The notes beneath the pieces were generated by a model. It was not told where the DNA came from and made no database searches. It worked only from the letters and a program-made list of their open reading frames with translations. 64,000 nt of DNA from Azolla caroliniana (Eukaryota > Plantae > Polypodiophyta), in NCBI GenBank assembly GCA_043228905.1, contig JBHGNT010000006.1:21948001-22012000 (forward strand), in the 5' to 3' direction. The translations under genes and the position numbers were made by a program. Shown piece after piece: positions 38,394 through 50,500 of this stretch (position 1 is the first letter of the stretch; each line of letters opens with the position of its first letter).

Positions 38394-41300
38394 ACAGGAA
38401 GAAAACTCTCGGAGCAAAACAAGTACGAATCGGCCCGGATGGGGCATCTACGTACACGGCCGTAACCGGAGGAATGAAGAAACAATACCGACAAGTGGAG
38501 GATAAGTTACGGTCGGCATCAATAATAAAAGAAGACGAAGAAATCGTGGGAGTGATCGAGGAAGTGTTCTATGGGAATACACTACAACGGCTTGAAGAGC
38601 TTGCGGAAGATAAAAGCCAAGGGAACCGGGTAGTCCCGGTGGAATCGGTCGAGATGTACGAGATCGTTGCGAAAATGGGGCCGGATGCGCTCCGCAAAGA
38701 AGAAGCAATGGTAAGTACGAAATACAAGACCGTGGAGAAGAAGGTGAAACCGGCCGCGGGACCACTACCCGCCGATAGCGAACAAAAGAAGAAAGAAGTC
38801 TTGGGAGATCCGACACTTCGGAAGTCCGTGGATATCGGACATGCCTTCACAGATGAGACCCGGAAGAAACTTCGGATCGGTGGAGGTGGGTTCCTCTTAC
38901 AAGAAGAAGAAAAACGGTTTCGAGAGATGTTGGAGCAACATGGCAAAGCATTCGCGTTCACATCGAGGGAGATCGGATGCATTGATCCAAAGATAGTGGA
39001 GCCGATGGTGATTTTCACGATTGATCATGTACCGTGGAACCTGAAGCCGATTCCGGTGCCACGGGCGCATATTCCGAAAGTCATCGACTTGCTCAAGGAG
39101 AAGGTGGCGATGGGGATTCTAGAGCCATCAAGTGCTCCGTACTCAAATCGATGGTTTACGGTTCCGAAGAAGAATGGGTCACTCCGATTCATCCAAGACT
39201 TGCAACCGGTGAACAAGGTCACGATCCGGAACTCGGGAGTCGGTCCGATAGTGGACGAATTCGCGGAAGCTTTTGCCGGACGTGCGATATACTCCATCGG
39301 GGACCTATACTCGGGGTATGACCAATTCCAACTAGCCGTGGAGAGCCGAGACATCACTACCATGCGGACACCGATAGGACTAGTTCGAATGTGCACACTA
39401 CCACAAGGAGCGACAAACTCGGTTGCACATATGATGAACGCGATGAACAAGGTGCTTCGAGATTGCATCCCGGAGATAACGATGCCGTTTCTAGATGACA
39501 TTCCGATGAAAGGATGCGCGGTGGAAGAAAAAGATGAGACTATGGATGATCGGGGATGCCGAAAGTTCGTGGTCGACCATATTCATGATTGCGAGAAAGT
39601 GTTGCGAAAGCTAGAAGATGTGCACCTAACACTTTCCGGGGAGAAATCGGCATTCGGGCAAGAAGAAATATTGGTGGTCGGACATCTATGTGGACCCTAC
39701 GGCCGAAGACCGTCACCAACAAAGATCGATGCGATTCAAGCTATGAAGGAAGTATGTGAGTCAACATCGGAAGTCCGAAGGTTTCTGGGTGCGTGTGCAT
39801 TCTATCACATATGGATTCCGCACTATGCACATATAGCGGACCCGCTCTATCACTTGTTGCGGAAAGGTAAGAAATTCGAGTGGAAACCGGAACACACTAA
39901 AGCCATGAGGAAGCTCAAGAAGACACTATGGAGGGCGGAATCACTTAAGAAGCCAAGCTACGAGCGGCCAATCATAGTAACGGTTGATACAAGTCCAACC
40001 GGTATCGGGTGGGTCATCAATCAAGCCGACTCGGATGGTTCGCGGTATCCGATCCGATTTGGAGCAAAGGTCCTTAACGAAAGGCAACGCGGATATGCAC
40101 AAGTCAAAAGAGAATTGTGGGGAGTCGTGTCGGCGATAAAATCGGATCGGGATTATTTGATCGGAGCTGAAGTGGTGGTCGAGACGGATTGTCTTCCGAT
40201 ACTCGGGATGATGCGGTGTTGTACGATACCGGATGTGGCTATGCTAAGGTGGATTGCATATGTCAAGTCACTTAATCCGGAGGTTCGACACATCTCGGGG
40301 AAGGACAACGCGGTAGCGGACATGTTATCGAGGGCACAGTTTGAAGACGACATAACCGAATCAGATAATGAAGAAGTTTCCGAAGACTACTTCACGTCAG
40401 AACACATATGCCGAGTGAACGTGATCCGAGAATTCCGGGAAGAAGAATACGAAGGGGAAACCTTGATGATCGGGAAGATGCTACAAGAGGTCGAGGATTC
40501 AACCAATGATAAAGAAAGGAGAGCCGAGATCCGAAGGAAGAAGAGGCAAGTCCAAAAGTTCTTCTTGGAAAACAGTTTAATATGGAGGACGCCGAAAAGA
40601 CCGGATGGGATACCACTTCGAGTAGTCGGGACGAAAGAGCAACGAAACTGGATAATGTCCGAGTTCCACGAATCCGATTGGGCTGGACATCGAGGAACAT
40701 GGGCAACTTTTGTGAAAATCAAGAAAAGATATTGGTGGAAGAACATGTATATAGATGTCGCGGAGTTCACAGAAAGCTGCGAGAAATGTCAAGTCTACTC
40801 CGGGGTCCGACACCGAGATGAGCTGCATCCGACATTCTCACCGACAATCAACTTCAAGTGGATGGTCGACATTGTAGCTATGCCGACCGGGATTGGACAA
40901 AAGAAATACTTGGTGTTAGCTCGAGAAGATCTCACAAACCAAGTTGAAGGTCGAGCGCTTCGGAGGAAAACGTGTGCCGCGGTGTGCCAATTTCTTTTGG
41001 AAGAAGTGTTTTGTAGGTACGGCTGCGTAGGACAAGTGATTGCGGACCGGGGAGAACTCGACTCGGACAAAGCTAGGGGATTCTTCGCCAAACATGGAGT
41101 TCGGTTAACGTTGACAACGACCTACAATCCGGAGGCCAACGGGAAGATCGAACGAGGACATAGTCCGATCGTGAAAGCACTTGCGAAGGCATGCGACGGA
41201 AGGGTGAAGGATTGGCCACAAATGCTTCCGTATGCACTATGGGCGGATCGGACGACGCATAGCTCCGTGACCGGTTACATGCCGGCAGAACTCATGACCG

Positions 41301-41941
41301 GACAAGCACCGGTAATGCCAACGGAAACCGCAATCGCGACATGGACAATACTACCGTGGAAGGAAGAGATGAGCCGGGAAGAACTACTAGCAGTCCGGAT
41401 ACGACAACTGGAGGGAAGACCGAAAGATGTAGCGGAAGCGTCACGCCGACAACAAGAAGCACGGTTCCGGAACAAAAGCCGGTTCGACACAAAGCACCGA
41501 CTACGACCGAGGAGGATTGAAGAAGGAGATTGGGTGATCGTCTATGATAGTAGCTTGGACCATCAACATACAACGATGCGGAAATTCGCGAAAAGGTGGT
41601 TCGGGCCGTACGAGGTTCGGAAGGTCTTCGACAACGGGACGTACCGACTGTCCGAGTTGGATGGAACAATACTACGAGTGCCTATAGCCGGGAAGCGGGT
41701 GAAGATTTTCAAGAAGCGGACCGATGACAAACCTTATGTGATCCAAGTCGAGGCCGACAACGAGGAGCAATCGGACGAAGACCACAATGATACGGGAAGC
41801 GAAGAAAGTGGATTACAACTCATAGTCGACATAAGGGGAGAATCGGAGGAACCTTCGGATGAAGACGGATACGAAGAATCAAGAACTTCGGCACATACCG
41901 GAGGATGTGCGGGTTTGGAGGGGGCGAGTGTCGTAGTGTAG
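38336..41941 (+). CDS. Pol ORF2 (RT, RNase H, integrase); open from the frameshift site, first ATG at 38474
   Basis: RT DLYSGYDQ, LPQGATNS, FLDD; RNase H VTVDTS; integrase HESDWAGH/CEKC, MVDIV, ADRGE, KIERGH, FGPY; no chromodomain; stop lies inside the 3' LTR. Confidence 0.94.
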   Translation, partial: LKRTVAEWGSDSPRSPDTPHRKKTLGAKQVRIGPDGASTYTAVTGGMKKQYRQVEDKLRSASIIKEDEEIVGVIEEVFYGNTLQRLEELAEDKSQGNRVVPVESVEMYEIVAKMGPDALRKEEAMVSTKYKTVEKKVKPAAGPLPADSEQKKKEVLGDPTLRKSVDIGHAFTDETRKKLRIGGGGFLLQEEEKRFREMLEQHGKAFAFTSREIGCIDPKIVEPMVIFTIDHVPWNLKPIPVPRAHIPKVIDLLKEKVAMGILEPSSAPYSNRWFTVPKKNGSLRFIQDLQPVNKVTIRNSGVGPIVDEFAEAFAGRAIYSIGDLYSGYDQFQLAVESRDITTMRTPIGLVRMCTLPQGATNSVAHMMNAMNKVLRDCIPEITMPFLDDIPMKGCAVEEKDETMDDRGCRKFVVDHIHDCEKVLRKLEDVHLTLSGEKSAFGQEEILVVGHLCGPYGRRPSPTKIDAIQAMKEVCESTSEVRRFLGACAFYHIWIPHYAHIADPLYHLLRKGKKFEWKPEHTKAMRKLKKTLWRAESLKKPSYERPIIVTVDTSPTGIGWVINQADSDGSRYPIRFGAKVLNERQRGYAQVKRELWGVVSAIKSDRDYLIGAEVVVETDCLPILGMMRCCTIPDVAMLRWIAYVKSLNPEVRHISGKDNAVADMLSRAQFEDDITESDNEEVSEDYFTSEHICRVNVIREFREEEYEGETLMIGKMLQEVEDSTNDKERRAEIRRKKRQVQKFFLENSLIWRTPKRPDGIPLRVVGTKEQRNWIMSEFHESDWAGHRGTWATFVKIKKRYWWKNMYIDVAEFTESCEKCQVYSGVRHRDELHPTFSPTINFKWMVDIVAMPTGIGQKKYLVLAREDLTNQVEGRALRRKTCAAVCQFLLEEVFCRYGCVGQVIADRGELDSDKARGFFAKHGVRLTLTTTYNPEANGKIERGHSPIVKALAKACDGRVKDWPQMLPYALWADRTTHSSVTGYMPAELMTGQAPVMPTETAIATWTILPWKEEMSREELLAVRIRQLEGRPKDVAEASRRQQEARFRNKSRFDTKHRLRPRRIEEGDWVIVYDSSLDHQHTTMRKFAKRWFGPYEVRKVFDNGTYRLSELDGTILRVPIAGKRVKIFKKRTDDKPYVIQVEADNEEQSDEDHNDTGSEESGLQLIVDIRGESEEPSDEDGYEESRTSAHTGGCAGLEGASVVV

Positions 41942-42737
41942 GTTGCACACTATGTGGAAATTATATTTTTGTCCCTCCGGATAGAGAATGGAGTGCTCGG
42001 TGAGAACCGGAAGAAAACGGCATACCGGCAAGGAGGAAAACGACATACCGGCAAGGAAGAAAACGGCATACCGGCAAGGAAGAGCCGGATAAAGAGACAT
42101 AAATGTAAAAGAAAAAGGAAATACTCACTACTGTGCAGGGCGTGATTCGAACTCTGCACCTCCACGTTGACAAACCCCAACCTTACCATTACATTAACTT
42201 ATCTTAAGTGTTTTAAATATAGATTTAATACGTATAAGACCTTTATTTATGCATACCTTTATTAAAAGGTAAATCGTGTATTTTTTTTTAATATATGAAA
42301 AAGACGAGACACTAAAAATAACTCATGCACATCTAGCGTGCATGAGCCCTATACTTAGGAAATAAAAAAGCATCACATGCACATTTAGTGGACATGAACA
42401 CTTTTTGTAAAAAAAAAAAAAAAGCAGGAAGCCATGCTTAGCTCTTCCTTCCTTATATAAGGAGGAGAGAAATATGTAAAGGGTTGTTGATTATTTGGAT
42501 TAAGTATTAATCAATACAAAAATTATTCGTGGGATTCACGATTTATACGTCTACTTCTCTCTTAACACCCTAAGTACCAATTAATATAGTATACTCGTGT
42601 GATTCACGAGTTTCTTATCTTTCTCTTTGCTATTAACTCATAATTAATCTCTATCTCACGAACTTCTTTCTCCTAGTCCAAGACCTCTGTGGTTCCCACC
42701 CGACTCACGCAACGATCCGGAGCCGAAAGGCACGACA
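41929..42737 (+). repeat. 3' LTR (809 bp)
   Basis: Same as the 5' LTR plus two extra 23-bp units and two substitutions seen by eye. Confidence 0.95.
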
Positions 42738-44531
42738 ACGGGCACGGCTACTAGTCCTGGATTCCCAGGGTATTACAAGTTCGGAGGCTAATCACGTTCA
42801 CGACGGATCCTCCGTCTATAATTGTTCCGGGTAGCTCTCGTCCCTTGACGATGGCTGTGATAGCCGGACTGCTCGTGTCCACTACTGTCAATCCTTCCTC
42901 CGGATTAGAAAAGAACGCCAGAGCCAGTGGCGTGTCGACCACAATCATTCCCGTCTTCAGTCCTTCCGTAAACTGAGGTACTAACTGCAATAGCCGACCT
43001 AATGGTAGTGTGATTTGGCATTCTTGCAATGCCTGCCATGTTGGGTTTTCCGCCTGGCTATTGCCGGTGGGATCCTTTGGATTCTGTTTTTGTTGTTCCA
43101 GTTCTGCCACATTCCGCTCATTTGCCTTCTTTACCCATTCGGTGGCCTGCTTCCGGATGGCTTCTTGGGTTTCCCACTCCGTTGCTTTTCCTTTTGACCT
43201 CGTGGTCACTTGTTGTATGTCCGCGACTTCCGCTACCACCATGTTTACCGCTGGTCGCTTATCGTAGCTTTTCGCCGGACATTGGTTACTGTAGTGTCCC
43301 TCTTGTCAGCAATAGCAGCAGTAAGCCTTCCGGTTGTTGCTGGGTTCTGCTTTCGCTCCAGGACCCGGTTGAGGTCCTGTTGTAAGTGCTTGGCCTTGGT
43401 CCGGTTGGGTGCTTGGTGTACCCTTTTCCGGCTCTTGTTGGTGATCCCCTTTTTTATTGAAATGCCGTTTTTTGTTGAAATGCTTTTTGTTCCGGTAACC
43501 CTGTCAGGGCCGGTCGTCATACTTGCCATAGTCCTCCCTTCGTGGGTTGTAACTGGGGGAGTGATCCCGGTTGTATCGCTCATTCCGTTCCCCATTATAG
43601 TCCCGATATCTATCATATCTATCATACCGGCCGCGATCATAAGTGTCTCTTCGATCACTCTACCGGATATCTTGTGCCGGCCGGTAACACTCCTCTCGCC
43701 GCTAGCACTCTTCTTCCTCCTCCTAGTTGCTCCGTGGTTCGATTTGCCGGACCGGTGGCTCTTGCTGATTCAACAAGTTATACTCGCACTGATCCATTGT
43801 GTGGTTTCTGGACTGGCAAAGTAGGCATTGAGAACGCATGGTGCACTCCAGCGCCGAGTGTTCGGCATTCAGGCAAGTCGTACATTGAATTGCTTGTCAA
43901 AATCGAAGGTCTTCATCGGTTGGTAACATTCGTTGGAGTGCCCCCATCGTTAGCCACGAACTGGATTTTCCATTTCCCTCAGTTGGTCTATGACCTGGTT
44001 GACGGAACTTGTGTGGAAATCAATGACTGTGCACACCGTTCGTAGGGGTTCCCGGAGTGTTGCTAGGAATATCGCTTTAGTCTCTTTCTCCAGTGGTGCC
44101 CAACTGAGTTGTCTGTGCATTCTCTGGAATCGGATTACAAATTGTTGAATGTTCTCCGTGGGCTCTTGGTGGATGGTATAAAATAGGCCGACCATTTCCC
44201 GTTGATCCACCTCTTTGTGAGAAAAGTGTAAGAATTTAGTTTTCAATACCTCAAACGTCATGATGGTGTTGGGATCTTGCGTCAGGTGCTATTTGGCAGC
44301 GGGCCCTTCTAGGGTCATGTCGAACTCCGCCATCTTTAAGCGTTTTGCTTCGGCTGCGATTAAGCGTTGTGACACATGATTCGCTTCCCAGGTCTGCTGA
44401 AATGCATAGACGTGGGCCTCTGCATCCCAATTATCCCGGTACTTGGGATATTGAAACGACATGTCGTCGTCTGGTGTTGGAATGTGGGCTAGTGGTGTCA
44501 GAGGTCTCTCCTCCTCTGTTGAAGGTCTTTA

Positions 44532-44923
44532 TGTTAGGAAACAGGTCCCTCCAGATGGGATGACCCGGTGAGAACCGGATGTGAAGTACCCGGCAACGGA
44601 AGACCCAGTGAGAACCGGATGACGAGTACCCGGCAAGAGCCGGATGGTGAAGACCCGGTGAGAACCGGATGTGAAGTACCCGGCAATGGAAGACCCGGTG
44701 AGAACCGGATGATGAGTGCCCGGCAAGCGCCGGATGATGCGGGCCCGGTGAGGAGTGCTCACCGGATAAAGGGACATATTCGTAAATATGTTTTCTGAGA
44801 GTCCATCGGGGCTATATTTGTAAATAGCCGAAAAGTCATATTAGTATAAATATGACTTAGGGAAAACTTAGATTGTGTTGTTGTCATTTTTGCTGGCGCA
44901 AGACTAGAGAGCGTGTAACAGTG

Positions 44924-44966
<43 letters not shown>

Positions 44967-45237
44967 AGAGGTCATTGCCTCTGTTGTAACCGCCGCCTGT
45001 GGCGAATATAGCAAGCTTGAGGTCGTTGTCTCTGTGCTCTACTATTGTACATTTTGATATAGTGATAGTTTGCAGTCTGTGGGTTGCCGTGGTTTTTTCC
45101 TGAGTTTGGGTTTTCCACGTAAACATCCTGTGTACTCTTCTCTCCATTGTGTTGTGCTTTCATTCCCCGTTTTCTGTGTTTTATTCTAGGCTCGGTTGTG
45201 GCCGAGCGTTGTTCATCGGAGCGTGTAGTTCTTGACA
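44532..45237 (+). mobile_element. solo LTR (family E) inserted in gag of gypsy C1
   Basis: TGTTAGGAA...TTCTTGACA; near-TSD CTTTA/CTTTC; CCGG-rich tandem repeats; homologous to 47081-47833. Confidence 0.88.
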
Positions 45238-45294
45238 CTTTCTTCCTCAGTGGGAGGTCTTTCCTCCTCTGCTTCGGGTGTCGAGGGTTGCTCA

Positions 45295-45467
45295 TATTGG
45301 GGAACAAGGTCGTCAGTGTGGAAGAGCAAACAACATTTGTGATGGTGAAGAACCTGCGTATGCGAATGAGCAATATACAAAGAGAGAGAGAGATAGGCAC
45401 AAAAGAAGCGTTATATTTCTCAATAACAACAATTACAAAATAACAACCAACCTTTTCTAAAGGTTAC
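45295..45467 (-). repeat. truncated LTR of the copia B family
   Basis: Matches 28896-29080 (ggaacaaggtcgtcagtg...aaaggttac); cut by copia D. Confidence 0.88.
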
Positions 45468-46020
45468 TGTTGAGAATCAAGCTCAACTTGGTCTAGTGTG
45501 TGAACTCACCTTGAGAGTGAATAGACACTCCAACGGTCAAGAGTCACCATTAAGTCACCTCTTTGTATTCTAGCATTTAGTATGAGTCATAGAATCATAT
45601 TCTATGACACATAACTTATGAGCTTTCACATTCCCCATGATCCATGAGCCTTGTAGTTAATGAAGAGAGAGGGTGACTATATAAAGCACCCTCCTCCCAC
45701 CTTGTATGTAGTTGAGTCTTTCTCCTTTGTTAATACAATCTACCTTGCGTATTCTCTGTGTATTATTCCTTGTCTCTCTCACTCACTCACTCTCTCTCTC
45801 TCATACACACACATAACTCACATCTCTTCCGCTTCACAAGAATCATATCCGATTCTTTACATGGTATCAGAGCGATTTGGTAGCTCAATCTAGCCCATTC
45901 GCCTCATTATGATCGTGTGTTGTGCTCCACGCTGACGACCAAGAACCGGCTCATCGCTATCGTAACTTCGCTACATAGCTTGCATTCGAAGAGAGAAGAA
46001 GGAGAAGGAGAATCAACATA

Positions 46021-47524
46021 ATGAACACTCAAATGGGGAGCGCTCTCCCTACCGAGAAGTTGGATTGAAACAACTTTGCATCTTGGGAGTACAAGATGCA
46101 CCAATACCTTGTCGGACAAGGCTATTGGCGCTACATCAAAGGAGCGCATGAAGACCGACCCGCCGAAGCGGCTCCTAGATACGCAACATGGGAGCAAGCC
46201 GCAAGTTGCGTGATGTATTGCTTGGCGACATGTGTTCACGATCACATGCTCGGCTACATTCGCGAAGCCAAGACGCCAAAGGAGGCATGGGAAAATCTAC
46301 AAAAGATTTTCGCGGCGAACACAACCGCAAGAAGGCTTCAACTCCGCCAAGAGTTGAACAACATTCAACAAAGGGACATGTCCATCACGACATACACCTC
46401 GAAGATCAAGGAGCTTTGCGATTCGCTCGGCTCAATAAGCGTAAATATTGATGATGATGAGATGGTTCAAATATGCCTCAGCGGCCTCGCACAACGGTTC
46501 GGCGCGATGCGAACCGCTGTTCTAGCACGGGAGAAATCTCCCTCCTTCTTCGAGCTCCAATCAATGCTATTGGTCGAAGAAAACCATGTGTGTACAAGGA
46601 ACAATGAGTCGGAAGGCCACATGCTCTACACGCACTCGAACGGAGGAAGAGGACACGGATGGTTGAGAGGCCGATTCGGCCAAGGACAAGGCGGACGACG
46701 TCCGACGTACGATAACAACTCCCAATTTCGGCCGCAAAACGGAAGCCAACGAGGAACCTTCGCAAGAAGGGGGAGCTTCCACTTCGGCCCGAACCATCAA
46801 AACGCAACCGAATGCGGATATTGCGGAAAGCTCGGCCACCACGAAGAAGAGTGCCGAAAGAAGATCTGTGAATTGGCTTCCACAAGCCGACAACTCACGA
46901 ATTACGCGCACAACTTTGACTATGAAGATCGTGGCAGAATGTATGCACACAACTCGGACCGTGGCGGAATGTTCATGATGAAACATAGAGCAAACTCTAT
47001 GTCGGCCTCTACCTCAACTAGTGCCTCCGGTCTAGAAGACGTATGGTTCGTCGATTCTGGTGCCTCGAACCATATGACATTGTTGGGAGACAGGTCCCTC
47101 CGGATGGGAAGGGAGAAGAACAGTGCCGACGAACAATCTCGGCCGAAACCGGAAGAGGAATACCCGGCTACGGAGAGCCGGATGGTGCAGACCCGGTGTG
47201 AATCGGATGAGGAGTACCCGGCTACGGAGAGCCGGATGGTGCAGACCCGGTGTGAACCGGATGAGGAGTACCCGGCTACGGAGAGCCGGATGGTGCAGGC
47301 CCGGTGAGAACCGGATGAGGAGTACCCGGCTACGGAGAGCCGGATGACGCAGACCCGGTGAGAACCGAAGGAAGAGACATATTCGTAAATATGTTTCTGA
47401 GAGCCCATCGAGGCTATATTTGTAAATAGCCGAAAAGTCATATTAGTATAAATATGACTTAGGGCAAATATGTGTTGTAGTTGTCATTCTTGTGTGTGCA
47501 AGAATAGAGAGTGTGCGTAACTGT

Positions 47525-47562
<38 letters not shown>

Positions 47563-50500
47563 GTCGTTGCCTCTGTTGTAACTGCCGCCTGTGGCGAAAA
47601 TCTGTGAGCACGAGGTCGTTGCCTCAGTGAACTCACTGTTGTACATTCTTACATAGTGACAGTTTGCAGCCTGTGGGTTGCCGTGGTTTTTTCCCTTAGT
47701 TTGGGGTTTTCCACGTAAACCTCCTGTGTATCTTCCTCTTCTTTGTGTCGTGTTTTATTTCCCGTTTTCTGTGTATCATTCTAAGCTCGGTTGTGGCTGA
47801 GCGTTGTGCATAAGGAGCGTTGAGTTCCCGTCAGACATCACATCAAGAATGGTTCTGAGAACTTCGAGAGCAGGACCGACCCGGCTATGTCGAAACCGGA
47901 GACGACACTACGCACCCGATTCGGCACATCGGCAATGTTCCGTTCAGAAAAGAAGGTAAGCATAATTACATTAAATATGTACCGACCATTACAAAGAATT
48001 TGGTCTCCGTCGACCAAATTGTAGAGCAAGGGATGCAAGTTCGATTTAATCAAGGCGGTTGCTTCATTGAAAAAGAGGGTTGACTCATTGCGCGTGGACG
48101 AAGAGAGGGCTGAATGTTCATTCTCGACTCACACGAGATGAAATCGACCATGTTCGCAAAGGGCATGACAGCCGACTCCGACATAGAGTTATGGCACAAG
48201 CGGATTGGCCATATAAATCTCCAAAAGCTCAAAGCAATGAAATCGAAAGGAGTCATCATCGGACTCCCAACATTCAAAGAGAAGGAGATTGAAGGTGTAT
48301 GTGAAGCGTGCCAATTCGGCAAGCAACACCGACACCCATTCCCGAAAGACCGGAACGTGAGCAAAGGTCTACTCGACGTAGTCCATTCCGACGTATGGGA
48401 CCGGCGCAGACGACTACATTCGGCGGATTCCGATATTATGTGCTCTTCATCAAGGACTTTTCTAGGCACACTTGGATCTACCCGATGCAGCAAAAGAGCG
48501 AAGTGTTCGGACACTTCCAAAATTTCAAGAATGAAGTCGAGAAAGCCACGGGTCGACATGTACGATGCCTTCGATCGGATGGCGGCAAGGAGTACTTCTC
48601 GGACGATTTCACGGCGTATCTCCGAAAGGAAGGAATTCGGCGAGAATTCACTTGCTGACACACTCCGCAACAAAATGGGGTAGCCGAGCGCAAAAATCGG
48701 CACATCCTCAAAGTAGCACGGGCCATGATGAACGAGAAGCATATGCCCAAGTTATATTGGGCCGAAGCTGCAAATACGACCATCTACCTAATGAACCAGT
48801 GCACAACATCCGGCATGCACAAGGTCACTCCGCATGAAAGATTCTTCGGAAAGAAGCCGAACCTATCACATGTTCAGATATTCGACTCCATTGCATACGT
48901 GCACATCCTCGACGAAAAGCGTCAAACGCTCGACCCGAAGTCGGAGAAATGTATCCTCGTAGGATACTCACTAGAGAAAAAGGGGTACAAGTGCTACAAC
49001 CCCTCAACTCGAAAATCTCGAGTAAGTCGAGATGTCGTTTTTGACGAGTCCGCATCTTGGTACGCACTAGAGACAACTTCGACTCCAACTCCACTCGACC
49101 CGGAATTTGCTAAACAAGAGATAGAGGATGAAGATCTTTTGACGCGCATGTTCAAAGAAAGTCCGATCACGACCCGACTGAGCAGACCACAAGAGCCTCG
49201 GAGCGATCAAAGCACATCACGGCCTAGCCCGAAGATGGACAAAGGAAAGGCGAAAATGGTGGAATACGAGGATGATCGCTTTGACGACGATGAATCGACT
49301 CACTCACTCGACAGTGAGTTCGGCGGCTTCGATGTACCAATCGGAGCTAAGAAAGCTCTCATCTCTGCAAATGAAAAGCTCCGCCGCTCCACCCGTGAAA
49401 AGAATCCGGTTAGCCAATTTGGCTACAAGGACTACATGGCATATCACTATGCCTTTATGATGAAGGTGGCGACAGTACGCGAGCCGCAAACATTCTCCGA
49501 AGCAGCCAAGGATCTGCGATGGATCGAAGCCATGAACGAGGAGATGCATGCACTATGCAAGAACGAGACGTGGGATCTCGTTCCCATCTCACCACACAAA
49601 AAGTCATTTGGATGCAGATGGATTTACAAAGTGAAGTACAACGCCGACGGCTCCGTCAACCGCTACAAAGTGCGACTCATAGCGAAAGGCTACGCCCAAA
49701 CACACAGAGTTGACTACGAGGAGACCTTTGCCCTGGTGGCAAAGATGACGATGGTACAGACCGTAATTGCGCTTGCCGCGGCGAAAGGGTGGCACCTCCA
49801 TCAAATGGACGTCAAGAACACCTTTCTACAAGGAAAATTATAAGAGGAGGTGTACAAGATACAACCACCCGGCTTCGAATCGCGCATTCATCCAAAAGCC
49901 GTATGCCAACTCAAGAAGCCACTCTACGGCCTCAAGCAAGCACCACGTGCTTGGCATTCGAAGATAACGCAATATCTTCATCAAATCGGCTTCCGTATGT
50001 CAAAATTGGACAACTCCCTCTACATACGAAGCGATTCCGCCAGTCCGATCATCATCATCTTATATGTGGATGACCTAGTCATTGGAGGTGAGCATCTCGT
50101 CGAACTTAATAAGGTCAAATCCCTCCTTTTCGACAAGTTCGAGATGATGGACATGAAGGAGCTCCACTACTTCCTAGGCATCGAGGTAATTCGGACTCTG
50201 GCCGGAATCATGATCTCTCAACGACACTACATCCTCAACTTGCTATACAAGTTCGGGATGGCTGAGTGCAAATCCGCGGCAACCCCGCTCAATCGCAAAC
50301 TCAAACTAGATGCGAACTCCAGCACCAAAGCATGTGAGCCGACTTAGTATCAGCAACTCATCGGGAGTCTCATCTACCTCACGATCACACGACCCGATCT
50401 CAATTATCCGGTCGATCTCCTTAACCAATTCATGCAAAAACCGCGTGATACTCACTTAGATTGCGCTAATCGAGTTCTACGATACGTGAGCGGTACAATG

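Larger units (their letters stand above)
35499..42737 (+). mobile_element. intact young Ty3/gypsy LTR retrotransposon, tRNA-Trp primed
   Basis: LTRs 35499-36261 and 41929-42737 nearly identical; PBS 36266-36283; PPT 41917-41928; two uninterrupted ORFs; TSD ACGG. Confidence 0.97.
30560..45294 (-). mobile_element. non-chromovirus Ty3/gypsy C1, degenerate, both ends lost; hosts two insertions
   Basis: Gag 43200-44520 and 45238-45294, protease IIDGGS (42751..43242), RT FLDGFSGYNQI, RNase H, partly deleted integrase, extra ORF; colinear with 53241-63147. Confidence 0.88.

Noticed and set aside
46096-47307. Gag with a repetitive EEYPATESRMVQTR tail
   Set aside because: The tail is read-through into the 54-bp repeats of an inserted solo LTR bounded by TSD GACAT.
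47155-47365. CRISPR-like array (also 29153-29666 and 44560-44765)
   Set aside because: Units are contiguous with no unique spacers, no cas genes, and the context is eukaryotic.
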